NCBI RefSeq assembly: GCF_036971445.1
Contig: NC_091474.1
Span: 133,796,001 to 133,860,000, forward strand
Direction of reading: 5' to 3'
DNA length: 64,000 nucleotides
From: Narcine bancroftii
Taxonomy: Eukaryota
Both the position numbers and the translations under genes were made by a program. How positions within the stretch are numbered: position 1 is the stretch's first letter; each line of letters opens with the position of its first letter. Shown here piece after piece: positions 11,315 through 24,970 of this stretch. The notes beneath the pieces were generated by a model. The model saw only the letters and a program-made list of their open reading frames with translations. It ran no database searches and was not told the origin of the DNA.

Positions 11315-12680
11315 CAGGTAGTGATCATGAAACAGAAAGGCTGCAGGGAGACTTAGATAGATTAGCAGAATGGGAAAAAAGTGGCAAATGAAATACAATG
11401 TTGGAAAGAGTATGATTATACAATATGGTAGAAGGAATATTAGGGCAGACTATTATTTGGATGGGGAGAAAATTCAAAATTTGGACTTGCAAGGGGACTT
11501 GCGAGTCTTTGTGCAGGATACCTTAAAAGTTAACCTCTAGGTTGAGTTGGTGGTGAAGAAGGCAAATTTAATGTTGGCAGTCATATCCAGGGGGACAGGA
11601 TCTTAAGGCAGGAGTGTAATGTTTAGGCTCTGTGAGGCACTGGTGAGGCCTTAATTGGACCCTGGCGTAGAGTTTTGGCCTCCTTGGCAAATTTCTACAG
11701 ATGTGAGGTGGAAAGTGTGCTGACCAAATGCATCACTTTTTGATATGGGACACCAATGCCTCCCAGTGTAAAGCCCTGCAAGAGGTAGTGGACACAGGCC
11801 AGGACCTCTCCACCATCAAGAACATCTACAAGGAAAAGGCTGCCATCAGAGAGCAGCAGCAATTATCAAGGATCCACACCATCTAGCACACACTCTGCTC
11901 TCACTGCTGCCATCAGGAAAGTAGTATCGGGGCCACAAGACTCATAGCACCAGGTTCAGGAACAGCTGTTACCCCTCCACCATTAGACTCCTCAACAATG
12001 AACTCAGCCAGAGACTCATTTAAGGACTCTTACTTTTACACTGTATTGTTTGTTTTATTTTCCTGTACACTGGCACAGCCAGTTGTTTACATATGTACAC
12101 TGTGTACTGTTTTTTTGTACTTGCAATTTGTGGTAATTCTGCCTCACTTGCAGGAAAAAGAATCTCAGGGTTGTATGTGATGTCATGTACGACAATAAAT
12201 CTGATATCTGAAATCTTATTTAGCAAAGGATGTTCTGGCACTGGAAAGGGTTCAGAGATTTTTAAGAATGATTCTCAGAATGAAGGGTTTAGCATGTAAG
12301 GAATATTTGACTGCTCTTGGACTGTACTCCTTTGAGTTCAGAAGAATATGGGGGACCTTATAGAAACATTTCAAATGTTGAAAGGTCTGGACAGAGGAGA
12401 TGTGGTAAAGTTGTTTCCCGTGGTGAAAGAGTCAGGACAAGGGGGGACAACTGCAGGATTGAAGAATACCGATTTAAAACAGGAATATCCTTCACCTGAG
12501 AGTGGTATATTTTGGAATTTGTAACCTCGGGCGGCTGTAGAGGCCAAGTCATTGGTGTATTTAAAGTAGGGGTTTATCAGTATCTGAATAATCAGGGTAT
12601 CAAAGATTAGGGGAGAAGGGAGGGGAATGGGAACTCATGATGGAATGGCTGAGCTGACTTGATGGGTCAAGTGACCTACT
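11315..12680 (+). mobile_element. CR1 LINE 3' portion (RT C-terminus and 3' UTR), interrupted by a Rex-Babar copy
   Basis: 'WQMKYNVGK'-like and 'ALVRP.L' motifs. The sequence breaks near 11685 and resumes near 12214. Confidence 0.75.
11686..12213 (+). mobile_element. Rex-Babar LINE 3' fragment (family A)
   Basis: 'AAAIIKDPHH', 'LLPSG', 'TRFRNSCYP' motifs, AATAAA and a (TCTGAA)-like tail. Homologous to 15120-16230 and 23915-24970. Confidence 0.8.
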
Positions 12681-12699
12681 CTTTTTTTATTTTACTTAC

Positions 12700-12918
12700 G
12701 GCACCATAGAAGCAGATTCCAGCCACTTCAACTTGTGTTGGCAATTAAACCCACACTAACCTACAACCCCATACATTTTGAAGGGTAGGAGGAAAGCTGA
12801 GCAGCCGGAGAAATCCTTCGCAGACACGGGGAAAACATACAACTCCTTGCAGAGAGTGCCAGATTTGAATACGTGTCACTGATGCTGTAAGAGTGTTGTA
12901 CTAATCACTACGCTAACT
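12700..12918 (-). mobile_element. tRNA-derived V-SINE (HE1-like)
   Basis: Reverse complement of the family at 57066-57335, including the core 'AAGGAGTTTGTA(C)GTTCTCCCCGTG'. Confidence 0.7.
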
Positions 12919-13879
12919 GTGAAGCCTTCTTCTATTCCCATTTCATATGGGCTTACAATCTCATGGATCCCTCAGACAGGAAAACCATCCTCCCTGTGTT
13001 CAACCTCAACCTCAAATCCGTTAACATCTTACGAGGGGCAGGCACTGCCACTAAAATTTAACAGTTTTGAATTTAATCTCCCATCATTTCTAAAGCGATA
13101 GAAGATTTGTATATTGCAACCTGAATAGATGGCATTCAGGGAGCATTCACAGCAGATCACAGCATTTTGTGTCCAGGAAGGAGTTTTGTCAATCTTGTCT
13201 GAGACAGGCACTTTGTCATTGTATTGTTGAGGTCTTGATGTAGGCTCTACAGGTTACCAGTTTTGACTCTGAATTTGAGTAGCACAAATCAAATGCTAGT
13301 CATTCAGTCGAGCTCCCCCATTTATCTCACTAAGGCAGACACAATCAGTAATAGATGACACAAAGAAAAAACACAACCACTTCTATCAGCACTGGATGAC
13401 AATATAGACTGATGGCATGAACCTTTTGAACATAATCTTGATGTTAAGTGTGACAGAGCAATTGGTACTTGCACTTGACATCTGGTTTACTCCAAGCAGG
13501 TGTGTGTTGGAAGGTCATTTAATATCATCAACATTCAAAATGTTGAGACTGACAAGATTGGTAAAATCAGACAACCATGGATACCTGCTATGAATGAAAT
13601 GTAAATAGACATTAAAGAACAGATGTATCACAAAAGTACGCTAAAAAATGGACCAGTAAATGCAGAAGGGATGCATCAAAAAGAGGTAATAAGATGGAAA
13701 CAAGACTGTTCAAATGTCTCATGCACCAAAAATTTGGAGAATTTGGAAAATTGGATTATGGTCAGTGCAAAAAAAAATGTTTCAGGCAAACAAATAGTGC
13801 AATACTATAGCAAGGTCCTTCTGAGGTCTTCGAGTCGATTAGATGGTATTTCAACAGAATGATAATAGAAAAAAAGACT

Positions 13880-14140
13880 TATTCTCACCTATGCCCTCTT
13901 GGTTTAGACACCCCTACCATGGGAAATAGATTATAACCTATCAAAGTCTCTCATAATTTTTGAAGGGTTTGAGATAGAAGAAGATGGAACCTCTCAACCT
14001 CTTTTCCTCCCATGGAAACAGTTCAGGTCCCTCCAATATCTCATGATAATCTAAATCGTCAAATCCAGGCTACATCCTTATGAATTTTTTCTGCACCTCT
14101 CGAGCTTAATAACGTTCTTCCTATAGCGTGGTGACCAGAT
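13880..14140 (-). mobile_element. Old CR1 3' fragment
   Basis: Similar to positions 40-230 ('ATCCT..TAAAT..CTCTGCA', 'GGTGACCAGA'). Confidence 0.55.
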
Positions 14141-16230
14141 TTGAGGATTATTTGAGTGGAAAAGACGGATGCAGGGGTGATGACTTGAATATTATTAAGT
14201 TGATCTCTAAAATCATACACAACAAACTTCAACCATGTTCAATAAGTACTAGACAAATATTAATGTACTGTTTTAAAACAGCTAATCAAACAAAATTCCA
14301 CGAGGAATACGTAACTTGCTGTGTGAAAAACCTGTGTTTGTATCATTTGAACTTGTAGCCAATAATTAGCATTTGTGTATAATACTGTCCAGGAAGTTAG
14401 CATTAGTCATGCTTTGAAAAACTAGAAAACAAATGAAAGCATGATCATTTTGATTCATTTGACAATTTTGTAGGTGGGTTGCATAATAGAATAATTGAGA
14501 GGTTTAAAATTGTACACACTCTAAATTTTTTGAACATCACAAATATAATTTGAAGATGTTTTCCATTTTATGCCGACGGTTATCAGAACATAGACCATGA
14601 TCATGATCATTTTAAAGGCATTTGATTCTGAAAAGTTTTGAGTGACAGAACTGGGGCTTAAAGTAGGGCTTAAAATGAAAATCATCTTTGCTGGCCTGTG
14701 TGGCAAAAGGAATAATGTACTTTCTATTATGACCATCTTATGATTCTCTGTGATCCACTGAGTAGGGATGGATGATTTGATGATAACCAGTATCACATTA
14801 ACATGGTGACTTTTCCAGATCATTCAATCATCATCCAAGATGTTTGAAGGATCCATGGTTGTTGCCTCATCACCACTCTGTGCTGTTCTTTGCTGTGTCA
14901 TTTGGACAATGAACACAGAAAAGCCACCAGCAAGTATTCACAGATAATTTCAGAAATAAACCTGCATTAACATCATCGACAGTGTTGAACTACCAATTTC
15001 TGTGACCAAGTTCAAGTTCAAGGTTATTTTCCGATTGTACAAGTACAACCTGATGAAACAGCATTCTCTGGTCCTCAGTACCAAAATATGCAAACACACC
15101 TCCAGACATAACACACATACAGATTTCAAGTTTATTGTCAGAGTGCATACATGGACATTTCATACAACCCTGAAATTCTTTTTTTCCTATGGGCGAGGCT
15201 AAATGACCACTTATTGTTCGTGCAAAAAAAAAACTGAACACAATGTACACATGCAAACAAATAAAGAACTGTAATCAAACTGACTGTGCAATACAGAGAG
15301 GAAAAAAATAAAATGCAAAGTAAGAATCCTTAAATAAGTTCCTAATTGAGTTTATTGTTGAGGAGTCTGATGGTGGACAAGTAGCAACTATTCCTAAACC
15401 TGGTGATGCGAGGCTTGTGGCACCGCCAGGCACCACTACTTATATCTCTTTTCTGATGGCAGCAGTGAGAAGAGAGCATTTGGTGGGTGACGATGGTGTT
15501 TGATGATTGCTGCTGCACTCAGACAGCAGCGTTCCCTGTAGATTAACTTAATAGAGGGGAGGGTTTTGTCTGTGATGTCTTAAGCTGTGACCACTACCTT
15601 TTGGAGGGCTTTACACTCAGGGATTTTGGTGTTCACTATAACAGACTGTGATGCAGCCACCACACTTCTAGAGAAATTTGCCAGGATTTCTGGTGTAATT
15701 TCAAACCTCCGCAAACCCCTGAGGAAGTAAGAGGCACTAACATGTTTTCTTCATGATGCCATTAATCTGTTGGGTCCAAGAAAGATCCTCAGAGATAGTG
15801 TCTCCCAAGAACCTAAATTTACTCACCCTCTCCACCTCTGATCCCCCAATGATCACTGGATTGGATACCCCTGGCTTTCCCTTCCTGAAGTCAATAAACA
15901 GCTCCTTGGTTTGGGTGACATTTAGTGCGAGGCCAAGTTTTCCATCTCCCTCCTGTAAGCTGATCCATTGCCCCTTTTCATACAAGCAACTACCATGGTA
16001 TCATCAACGAATTTGCAAATGACACAGTCATAAGTGTAAAATGAGTAGAGCTGGGGGCTCCCAATGAAGCCTTGTGGTGCTCTGGAACTGATGAACATTG
16101 TGGAGGAGATGTTCTTAACAATCCTCACTGATTGTGGTCTGTTGGTGAGAAAATCAAGAATCCAATTACACAATGTGGTGTTGACTCTCAGGTCATGGAG
16201 TTTGCTGATTAGATTTGAGGGGATGGTGAT

Positions 16231-17868
16231 TGTAGACAGCCACTTGGATGAACTGAGACAGCACACGGCTGAAGACACAAATTGAGGACCCTGAGCACTT
16301 TTATCAAGGGTGGCTGGCCTGACAAGCAGCGCAGCCAACCATCTTAAGTACAACCCTACTTCCCATTCCGGAATTAATTACTCATCGATGATGGAATCAT
16401 AATGAAAGGACTGAGAGCAGTAGTTCTGACTTCACTGCATAACATTTCTGTCAACATCCTGCACAGAGGGCACCCAGGGGCAGAAGCAACCAAGTGCAGG
16501 GCTTGAGACATAGATTTTGGCCAGGGATGACCAAGAACATGGACCAGGAGGTTCAAGGTTGCTCAGTGTGCAATAGCACTAGACCGCACCAACAGAAAGA
16601 GCCACTGCAGCTTCACATGGAGCCAGACCTCCCCTGGTCAACTATGGCAACAGACATCTTTGAATGGCTCTGTCAACAGTATTTGGTTCTTGTTGATTCA
16701 TACTCTGGATGGTTTGAGATAGACCTTGTACCCAACGTCACCTCGTCGGCAGTCATTATCCAGTATAAAAGACACTTTTCATTGCATTGGGCCCCACACT
16801 CTGCTGTCAGACAATGGCACCCAGTTCATCAGTGAGAAATTCAGATACCTTGCAACAACATGGGATTTCAACCACGTCGCTAGCAGCCTGGAGTACCCAC
16901 AGTGAAATGGATTGGCTGAAAGAGTCGTAAGGAGCGTGAGGCAACTCATGGAGAAGTCCTACAGTGAAAATATGGACGTGTTCCTAAACCTGCTGAACGT
17001 AAGGAAATCCCTGGCGATCCCATATTTGGTTCTCTGGTGGAACGACTCATGTCCAGGCAGTCGTGGACAACTCTGTCTGTGGCAAAGAGACACTTAGAGC
17101 CTCAGTTAAAGAACCCACAAGAAATTAAATCCCAACTGCTGAACAGGAGGCTAACACAGAAAAGGTGCTGAAGCAGACTCCACAGGGCTATGACCGTATA
17201 GGCATAGTCGAAAGGAGCTGCCAGGAGTCCAGGACATAACTGGTAAAATTAGAAGGAAGGGTGTATCCTACCCATAAGGGAGCCACCCCCATCCCGAACC
17301 ATTCCTAATGAGACTATAAACCAGTTTCTGGAACGTGAGCCCAGGATAGGCAGAGCTCCCTCAGTAACAACCCATGAAACAAATGACCACAACCCCGAGA
17401 CTATGGATGGCACATCCTTTCAAGCTGAAGCACCCCAAGTGGCACCCCAAGCATCCACTTCCACCAATAACTTCCACTACATAACATGCTTCAGTAATGT
17501 ATATTCAGTAATTCATAATAATCCACTTGTAAGCCCATTCCAAATATCAGGATAAAACTGGGCTGACTCTTCACTGCTGAACTATAATTATTGTAATGTA
17601 CGACACCTACATGGATTGTGGTATGTGAAGGGGGTTGCCCAAGAAAGGGGACGTAGACAGCTGCTTCGCACCCACTGCAGTCACTGTACTTGCTACGATG
17701 CTATTGTGCATGCGCAGGTCCGCTAGTTAAAAAAAGAAGGAGCTTAGCTGGAGGTGGACACCATTTCCAGGGACTCCTGTTATACATTGTATTGTTGAAT
17801 TTAACAGTAAAGCATTCATCAGAGTTTGCCACTTTGTGCTGTCAGGTTATTCGATGCATCAACAAACA
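16231..17868 (+). mobile_element. Internally deleted Ty3/Gypsy LTR retrotransposon: integrase remnant, PPT and 3' LTR
   Basis: HHCC zinc finger 'LHRGHPG...FWPGM...CSVC', 'YLVLVDSYSGWFE', 'SDNGTQF' and 'NGLAERVV'. PPT AAGAAAGGGGA at 17641-17651. LTR at 17652-17868. Confidence 0.88.
17652..17868 (+). repeat. Gypsy 3' LTR (about 217 bp)
   Basis: Starts right after the PPT with CGTAGACAGC, matching TGTAGACAGC at 16231. Ends in ...AACA where the host LINE resumes. Confidence 0.7.
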
Positions 17869-19280
17869 GAGGTGTTAAATGCTGAATGGTAATCAATAAA
17901 GAGCATCCTGCTGTATGCATATGTAGTAAGTATATACATATAAAAAATGGTCTCAGGGAGTTGGCATGAGAGTTTCATTTCAGTCATTTATCATTCTTAC
18001 TGCCCAAGGGAAGAAGCTGTTTCTCCGCCTCATGGCTCTGGCTTTGATACTCCTGGATCTCTCTCCCGACAGTAGTAGCTGGAAGATGCTGTGTGTGGGA
18101 TGGTAAGTATCCTCAATGATTTTGTGAGCCCTCTTCAAACAATGATCCCGGTAGATCACGTCGATGGGAGGGGGAGTAGGGAGACCTCAGTGATCTTCTC
18201 TGCCGCAATTGAGGTTCTGTGGATTGACCTCCGACCCAATGCTCGACAGCAACTGTATCATACTGTGATCAGTAGCCAGCTAGGACACTCTCAGTAGAAA
18301 GTTGACAGGCTTCTCAGGGAGTGCAGTCACTGTTATGACTTCCTGACAAGTGAGGAAATGTTGTGAGTCCACAATACGTCACTTGTTAAGTGGAATACAA
18401 GGAACTTGGCACACTCCACTGTCTCCACTACAGAGTTGTTGATGTGTAGTGCAGGGTGGTCATCTCTGGTCCTCCTGAAGTTCATAGTCATCTCCTTTGT
18501 CTTGTCCATATTGAGACTCAAGATGTTATTCTCACACCAAAGTCTTCCACCTCTTCTCGGTAGAGCAACTCATCATTGTGGTTGATGAGGCCGACTACTG
18601 TCATGTCAACGACTTCTGTGACACTGTTAGAGCAGAAATGGCATTGCAGTCATGGGCAGTAACATGAGCAGGAGCTGACAGATCACACAGACCTGAAATA
18701 CACTAGTGCTCAAGGTGGCAATGCTCGATCTTCCACTGCAAAACTGGGCAGACTCTACACCTGATCCATACTATATTATATATTTAGTTTCAGAGTTTTG
18801 TATGGATCTTGCCTGGAGTCTGTACACCCTTACCCATCTCTCCTACCCTTCTTACATGTAAAACCTTTCTCAAAACACACTTCTCCAAAATGAAATACAC
18901 ACAAGGGAAGAGAAAGAATGGGGGCAGGAATGGCTGTTGATTATGACAGCATTAGATCTTTCAAAAAGGACAGGGATGGAGGTTTTAAAAAAAACTATTG
19001 CTAATCAGAGACATTATCACTGCTTCAGAAAAGTGGGAAATAGTGGGAGTATTGTCTACTGATCAGTGCAAGTAAAAGTCAGGAATAGGACATGGGAACC
19101 CAACTTGGCAACTAGGCATATATTATAGACCTCACAAAAGTAACAGAGATAAAACAGGCAGATTCTCAAAGAGAGCAAAAATAATAAAGTTGTTGTGATG
19201 GGGGATTTTAACTCAGTTCAAAGTGATTTGCATTGTCTTTGAGTGAAGGGTTTGGATGGAGTGGATTTTTTAGCTATGTT

Positions 19281-19461
19281 CAGAGGGCCCTCCATAATGT
19301 TAGGGACAAATACACTTTTTTCATTTATTTGCCCTTGAGCTTCACAGTTTTAAATTTGTAATCAAACAATTCACATGTAATCCAGGTGCACGTTCCAGTT
19401 TTATTTAAGGTTATTTGTGTACATTTTGGTTTGAATATGTGGAAATTACAACATTTTTTAT
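19281..19461. mobile_element. Tc1/mariner-like DNA transposon terminal fragment
   Basis: Begins CAGAGGGCCCTCCATAATGTTAGGGACAAA, resembling fish Tc1 TIRs (CAGTGCCCTCCATAA...). No partner end was found. Confidence 0.5.
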
Positions 19462-19464
19462 TCT

Positions 19465-19738
19465 TGCACCACCAATCTGAGGAACAACTTCTTCCCACTG
19501 GCAGCGAGAATGTTGAAAGACCTGCCCACACTAACCATCTGAGACACTCTTGTTCATGAAAGAATATATATTTTTCAAGATTTGTATATATGAATACTTG
19601 CCCTGCAATGTATTGTTTGTCTGTATGTATGTTCTTTCTGGTTGTATATTTGTGCGTTTTGCACTGAGGACCGGAGAACGCCGTTTCATTGAGTTGTACT
19701 TGTGCAATCAGATGACAATAAACTTGACTTGACTTGAA
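19465..19738 (+). mobile_element. Rex-Babar family B 3' end
   Basis: Ends AATAAACTTGACTTGACTTGA and is reverse-complement similar to 15007-15120. Confidence 0.7.
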
Positions 19739-22700
19739 GCTAATGTTCTTTACAGATGTCCTGCTGGAAGAACGGAAATAAAAATAAAAGTTGATAATCA
19801 ATATAGAGTAGATAGGTCAATGAGAGGAGAGGCTATACTTCAAATGGCATTAGAAAATGAACGAAGGTCAGGTTTCAGATCTTGCAGTGGGTGTACATTT
19901 CAGAAAATTGATCACAGCTTGCTTTCTCTTTTTACCATAGTGCTCGAGAAGGAAAGGAATAGACAATTGGGAAAGCATTTAAATGAGATAAGGGAAAAGA
20001 TTATGGTATTTGGCAAAAGCTTGGGAACATAAATTGGAACAAATGGACTCCAGGGAAATATATTGGCAAACATTTGACAAATGTTCAGGGAACATAGAAC
20101 TCTGCCCAAATATTTGCCATTGAGTCAGGGAAAGGATGGTAAGGTAAAAGGGGCATGGTGTGAAAGGGATGTCGAAAATCTAGATTAAAAAGAATAGAAA
20201 AGCTTAGAAGGTAGGAACTGATAGAACTCTAGAGAATTACAGGATTGACAGGGAAAAGCTTAATAAAGGACTTAATAGAGCTTGAAGGGGTCAAGAGAAG
20301 ACCTTGATGAGCAGGATTAAGGAGACCCCTAAGGTATTCTATAAGTATGTGAAGAATAAGAGGATATGTCATGTGAAGATAGGACCAATCGGGGTGATAT
20401 TGAAAATGTGCATTGAGTTCTAGGAGGTGGTGAAGGTCCTCAATGAAGACTTTGCTTTTGTACTCACCAGGGAAAATGACCTTGACTTAAAGTGGAATGG
20501 AACACTTGAGCAGGAGGACTTTAAGGAAAGGGATGTATTGGATCTTTTGAAACGCATGAAACTAGATAAGTCATCGGGACAAGGTGAGATTTATCCAAGA
20601 ATACTGTGGAATGCAAGGGAAGAGATTTTTGAGCCATTGATGATGATCTTCGCATTAACACAAGGGCAGAAGCACCAAAGGATTGGAGGGTTGCAAATGT
20701 TAATTCCTGTTCAAGAAAGGGAACAGAAAAAAACAAGAAATTATAGACCAGGGAGTCTTACTTCGATAGTGGGCAAACTGTTGTAGAAAATCCTGAGAGA
20801 TAGGATTTACCAGCATTTATATTGGGATAATCTGATTAGGGATAGTCAGCTTGGCTTGAGCAGGAGAAAGTCGTGTCTCACGAGCATGACTGAATTCTTT
20901 GAGGATGTAACAAATCACATTGATGAAGGCAGCATGGTGGATGTAGTGCATATGGATTTCAATAAGGCATTTGATAAGGTTCCCTGTTTAAGGTTCATTC
21001 GGAAAATAAGGAGGCATGGAATCTAGGGAGGCCTTCCTTTATGGATGCAGAATTGGCTTGGCCACAGAAGGTATAGTTGTAAATGATTTGTATTCTGCAT
21101 GAATACTATGTTCCAGGATCTTTCCTCTGTGGTTTTTATAAATGACCTGGATAGGTAAGTGGAAAAATGGGTAAGTAAGTTTCCAGATGACATGAAGATT
21201 AATTGAGCTCTGGATAGTCTGAAGGGTGGCCAGATGTTACAAAGGGGACAGTGATAGGATGCAGAGCTGGGCAGAGGAGTGGCAGATGGAGCATTACCCA
21301 GAAAAGTATGGTAGTTCATTTCAGAAGGTCAAATTTGAAAGCAGAATACAATGTTAATGGGAGAACTCTAAGCAGTGTGGAAGAACTGGGAAATCTTGTG
21401 GTTCATGTTCATTGGACACTCACAGCTGTGCACAGGTTGATAGAGTTGTTCAGAAGGTGTATGGTTTGTTGGCCTTCATTCACCATGGGATCAAATTCAA
21501 GAGCCTTGAGGTAATGTTGCCGCTATATGGGTCTTTAGTAAGACCCCACTTGGAATATTGTATTCAGTTCTGGTCTGAAGGATGTAAATGTTATAGAGAG
21601 GGTGCAGAGGAGATTTACAAGGATGCTGCCTGGATTGGAGAGCATGCCCTATGAGGACAGGTTGAGTGAACAGACTTTTCTCCTTAGAATGATGGAGGAG
21701 GGAAGGTGTGGAGACAAAGGTGTGCAAGATGATGAGAAGAATTGATCGTAGAGGCTTTTTCCCAGGGCTGAAATGGCTCACATAAGAGGGCATCGTTTTC
21801 AGGTATTTAGGATTAAGTATGAGGAATGTAAGAAGTTTTTTTTTATTAAACAGAGAGTGGTGGGTGCATGGAATGCACTGTCAGCAATGGTGATGGATGC
21901 AGGTACAATAAGATCTTTTAAGAGATTATTAGATAGGGAAATTCTCAGCAGTTGTTAGAGTAGGTTATTTGGTTGGCACAAAACTGTGGGCCAAAGGGCC
22001 TGTACTGTGCTGTAGATTTCTGTCCTATTGTAGTGAATTGAAGATAACACTTGGAGAGAGAAATCTTCAGCAGGAAAATATGAGCAGGAAGAAGGGCTTG
22101 TATCTCAAGATCCTTTATCCCAGCCATTCTCAATTTTTTTTTTTCATCTCTGGTCCCCAAAGACTCTGTTTAAAGTTTATGGGCCCCCTTCCCTGTGAAG
22201 CAGGCAAGTTTTGGTTTCTTCCATACTTCTCTCCAACTGACTACACAAAAATAACATTAAAAATGTTTACGTTGCAAGAGGTGGAAAGAAAACAAAGGCT
22301 TTTACTTAAATATGCTGTGGCCCTCAGTGGGGGAAGGGGGAGTGTTGGAGCAAGGCTGCTTTATGTAATACAAGGATGAACAAAATGGAGAAGAAAATAA
22401 ATGTAGACACTGCAGCACTTTAGGTAACTGACTTTGGTGATGTTAATTGTGGGAAAAATATCGGACAACATATTGACAATCAGACATGGGAATGGAAGGA
22501 GTGTTCCTGCAGGAAAATGGGATGTGAGTTTAGTGGGGAGAATCATTGAGGTATGAAACAGATATGCTATAGTGGAAAGTAGAGGGACACCCAGGAATTA
22601 ATGAAGCAGGGAGAGAGAAGGAGAATGATTGCTAAAATCATGAGGGCGGACAGTTCCCGTGGGATAAAAGGGCAGCACAGTTCCAGAGTCCAGGTTCAAT

Positions 22701-22859
22701 CCTGATCTCAAATGCTTTCTGTGGAGATTATGCACACATTCCATACTCCCACATTCCAAAGACCTGCAGGTTGGTAGATTAGTTGTCACTGTCAATTGAT
22801 GAGTGGCAGATGCTGAGGTGGGGGTGGGGGGAGGTGGAGAATCGAAAATGGGATTAACC

Positions 22860-23380
22860 CTGAGTTATTTTTGATGGGAAATTTAAAAAAAAACTTAACT
22901 CCTAAATTACGTTTATCAGATTTTCAGTTGAAATTTGTGAAATTAGCTTTGGAAAAGAATACATATAATTTGAGAGGTAAATACTCTATATTTTTTGCAG
23001 ATTTGGAGCCCAGATGCTTGAACATTAGGTTTGAATTTATAAATAATTCCTTTGAATCCTCTGGACCAGAGGATAATAAATAAATAATGATTTATTGTGA
23101 AATGTTTTTGGGATCGTTGAGCATTTCCTAAAGCAATCCAATTCAATATATTATCATATTCATTATGTATTTTAGTAAGCTAGAATTTTTTTATAGTTAA
23201 TATTCTTAGTGGGGATAGAAGGCATTGGGGGTTGACAGAGAGGGTTTAGTTAGGGCTTAGATGTTTTTATTGTAGTTTTTTAATATAAATCAACATGTAT
23301 TTAATCAATAATTTTGCAATAATGTGATATATGTTTTTTTATTTATTATATATGTGTTGATCTTAAATAAAATATTCAAA
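22860..23380 (+). mobile_element. Old L1 3' fragment
   Basis: 'LFLMGNL...FQLKFVKLAL' resembles the L1 ORF2 C-terminus, followed by an AT-rich UTR ending AATAAAA. Confidence 0.5.
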
Positions 23381-23914
23381 ATCATAGGATCACTGTGAAT
23401 GAGTGGTTGATGGTCAGCATGGACATGATGTGCTGAATGGCCTGCTTCTCTATGAAATGGCGTGAAGATATGCATGAAACCGAGGGGAAGCCTCTAAAAC
23501 AACAGAATGGGGAGTATTGGCAAGAAGCCAGTGGTGTTGGTGATTTAAATAGAAATGAATGTAAGTGACAATGGACAGAGATGGAAATGTATGGATACGA
23601 AACTAAGTGTGGGAAGAGACTTGGAATGTTTTCCTTTTGTAAATAATTTATTATGCCTAAAATCTACTTTTGGTAAAAAAAATAAATGTGATTGATAATT
23701 TGGATGCATTCTGGTCCTTCGAGTAGGAACTATAAACTCATAGTTCCTTTATTATCATGCACGTATGTAAATATACATTTGATTACTTTTGTTTTCCCAT
23801 AAAGGCACACAAAGTACCTTCAAGAAGCATGCGAGGATGTTTTGCAGTGTTTAAGGAACTTTGTAAGACAGCAGGTTGGGAGTGGGACTGTACGTTAAAG
23901 ATTCACTCAAAAGA

Positions 23915-24970
23915 CGATTTCAGATTTTTGTCAGAGTACATACATAACATTTCATACAACCCTGATATTCTTTTCTCCTGCAGGTAGCATAATACAATCA
24001 ATAAACTGTGCACAGTATAAACATGTAGACAAATAAAAGAACTGTAAACAGATAGGAATATAAACAAACTGACTGTGCCCTACAGAGAGAATTTTTTTTA
24101 ATCAATAAAGTGCACAAGTAAGAGCCCTTAAATGAATCTCTAATTGAGTATGTCATTGCGGGGTCTGATGGTGAAGGGGTAGCAGCTGTTCCTGAACCTG
24201 GCGGTACGAACCTTGTGGCACCTATACCTTTCTCCTGATGGCAGTAGTGAGAACAAAGCATGTGCTGGGTGGTGTGGATCTTTAATGATTGCTGCTGCTC
24301 TCCAACTGAAGCATTCCCTTCTGATGTACACAATAGTGAGAAGGGTTTTGCCTGTGGTGTCCTGGGCTGTGTCCACTACCTTTTAGAGGGCTTTACGCTC
24401 AGGGGTACTGGTGTTTCCATACCAGATTGTGATGCAGCCAGGCAGCGCACTTTCTATCAAACCTCTGTAGAAATTTGCCAGCATTTCTGATGTTATACCA
24501 AACCTCCACAGACTCCTGAGGAAGTAGAGGTGCTGACGTACTTTCTTCACGATACCATTGGTGTGTTGGGTCCAGGAAAGATCCTCTAAGGTAGTGACTC
24601 CCAAGAACCTAAATTTGCTCACCCTCTCCACCTCTGATCCCCCAATGATCACTGGATTATATACCTCTGGCTTTTCTGAAGACATCAATCACCTCCTTAG
24701 TTTTGGTGACACTAAGTGCAAGATTTTTGTTGGTGCGCCATTCTGACAAGTTTTCAATCTCCCTCCTGTCTGCTGACTCGTCCCCTTCCTTTATACAACC
24801 CACTACCGAGGTATTGTCGGCAAATTTGTAGATGGTGTTATTGTCATACCGAGCCATACATTCACAGGTGTAAAGTGAGTAGAGGAGGAGGTTAAGAACA
24901 CAGCCTTGTGGTGCTCTAGTACTGATGGAGATTGTGGAGGAGAAGTTCTTACTAATCTTCACTGATTGTG
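23915..24970 (-). mobile_element. 5'-truncated Rex-Babar LINE (family A)
   Basis: 'APQGCVL..LLYSLYT', 'KFADNT', 'KFRFLGVT..EDLSWTQH' and 'IIKDPHHPAHALFSLLPSG'. Confidence 0.88.

Larger units (their letters stand above)
15120..17920 (-). mobile_element. Rex-Babar LINE (family A), split by a Gypsy insertion
   Basis: '[26 protein letters not shown]', 'KFVDDT' and '[14 protein letters not shown]'. The upstream RT motif 'RMLFIDYHSAFNT' lies beyond the Gypsy element at about 17870-17915. Confidence 0.85.
15007..18755 (-). mobile_element. Rex-Babar LINE (family B), outer host of a nested stack
   Basis: (CAAGTT)n tail at 15007. The sequence resumes near 17920 with 'SLNMDKTKEM..FRR' (18333-18521). 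The 3' UTR matches 19465-19738. Confidence 0.7.
18870..22030 (+). mobile_element. Degenerate CR1 LINE ORF2 and 3' UTR, with inserts
   Basis: 'VVMGDFN', 'DKSSGQGEIYPRIL', 'NYRPGSLTSIVGKLL', 'MDFNKAFDKV', 'LVRPHLEYCIQFWS' and 'QRVVGAWNAL'. Confidence 0.88.

Noticed and set aside
13029-13211. 'IFYRFRNDGRLN' resembling the RTE 'IRYRTDGSLFN' motif
   Set aside because: The match is too short and degenerate to call as a feature; it may be an ancient RTE trace.
15922-16353. 143-aa ORF that looks like a fusion protein
   Set aside because: It is a chance read-through from antisense Gypsy sequence into a decayed Rex-Babar RT.
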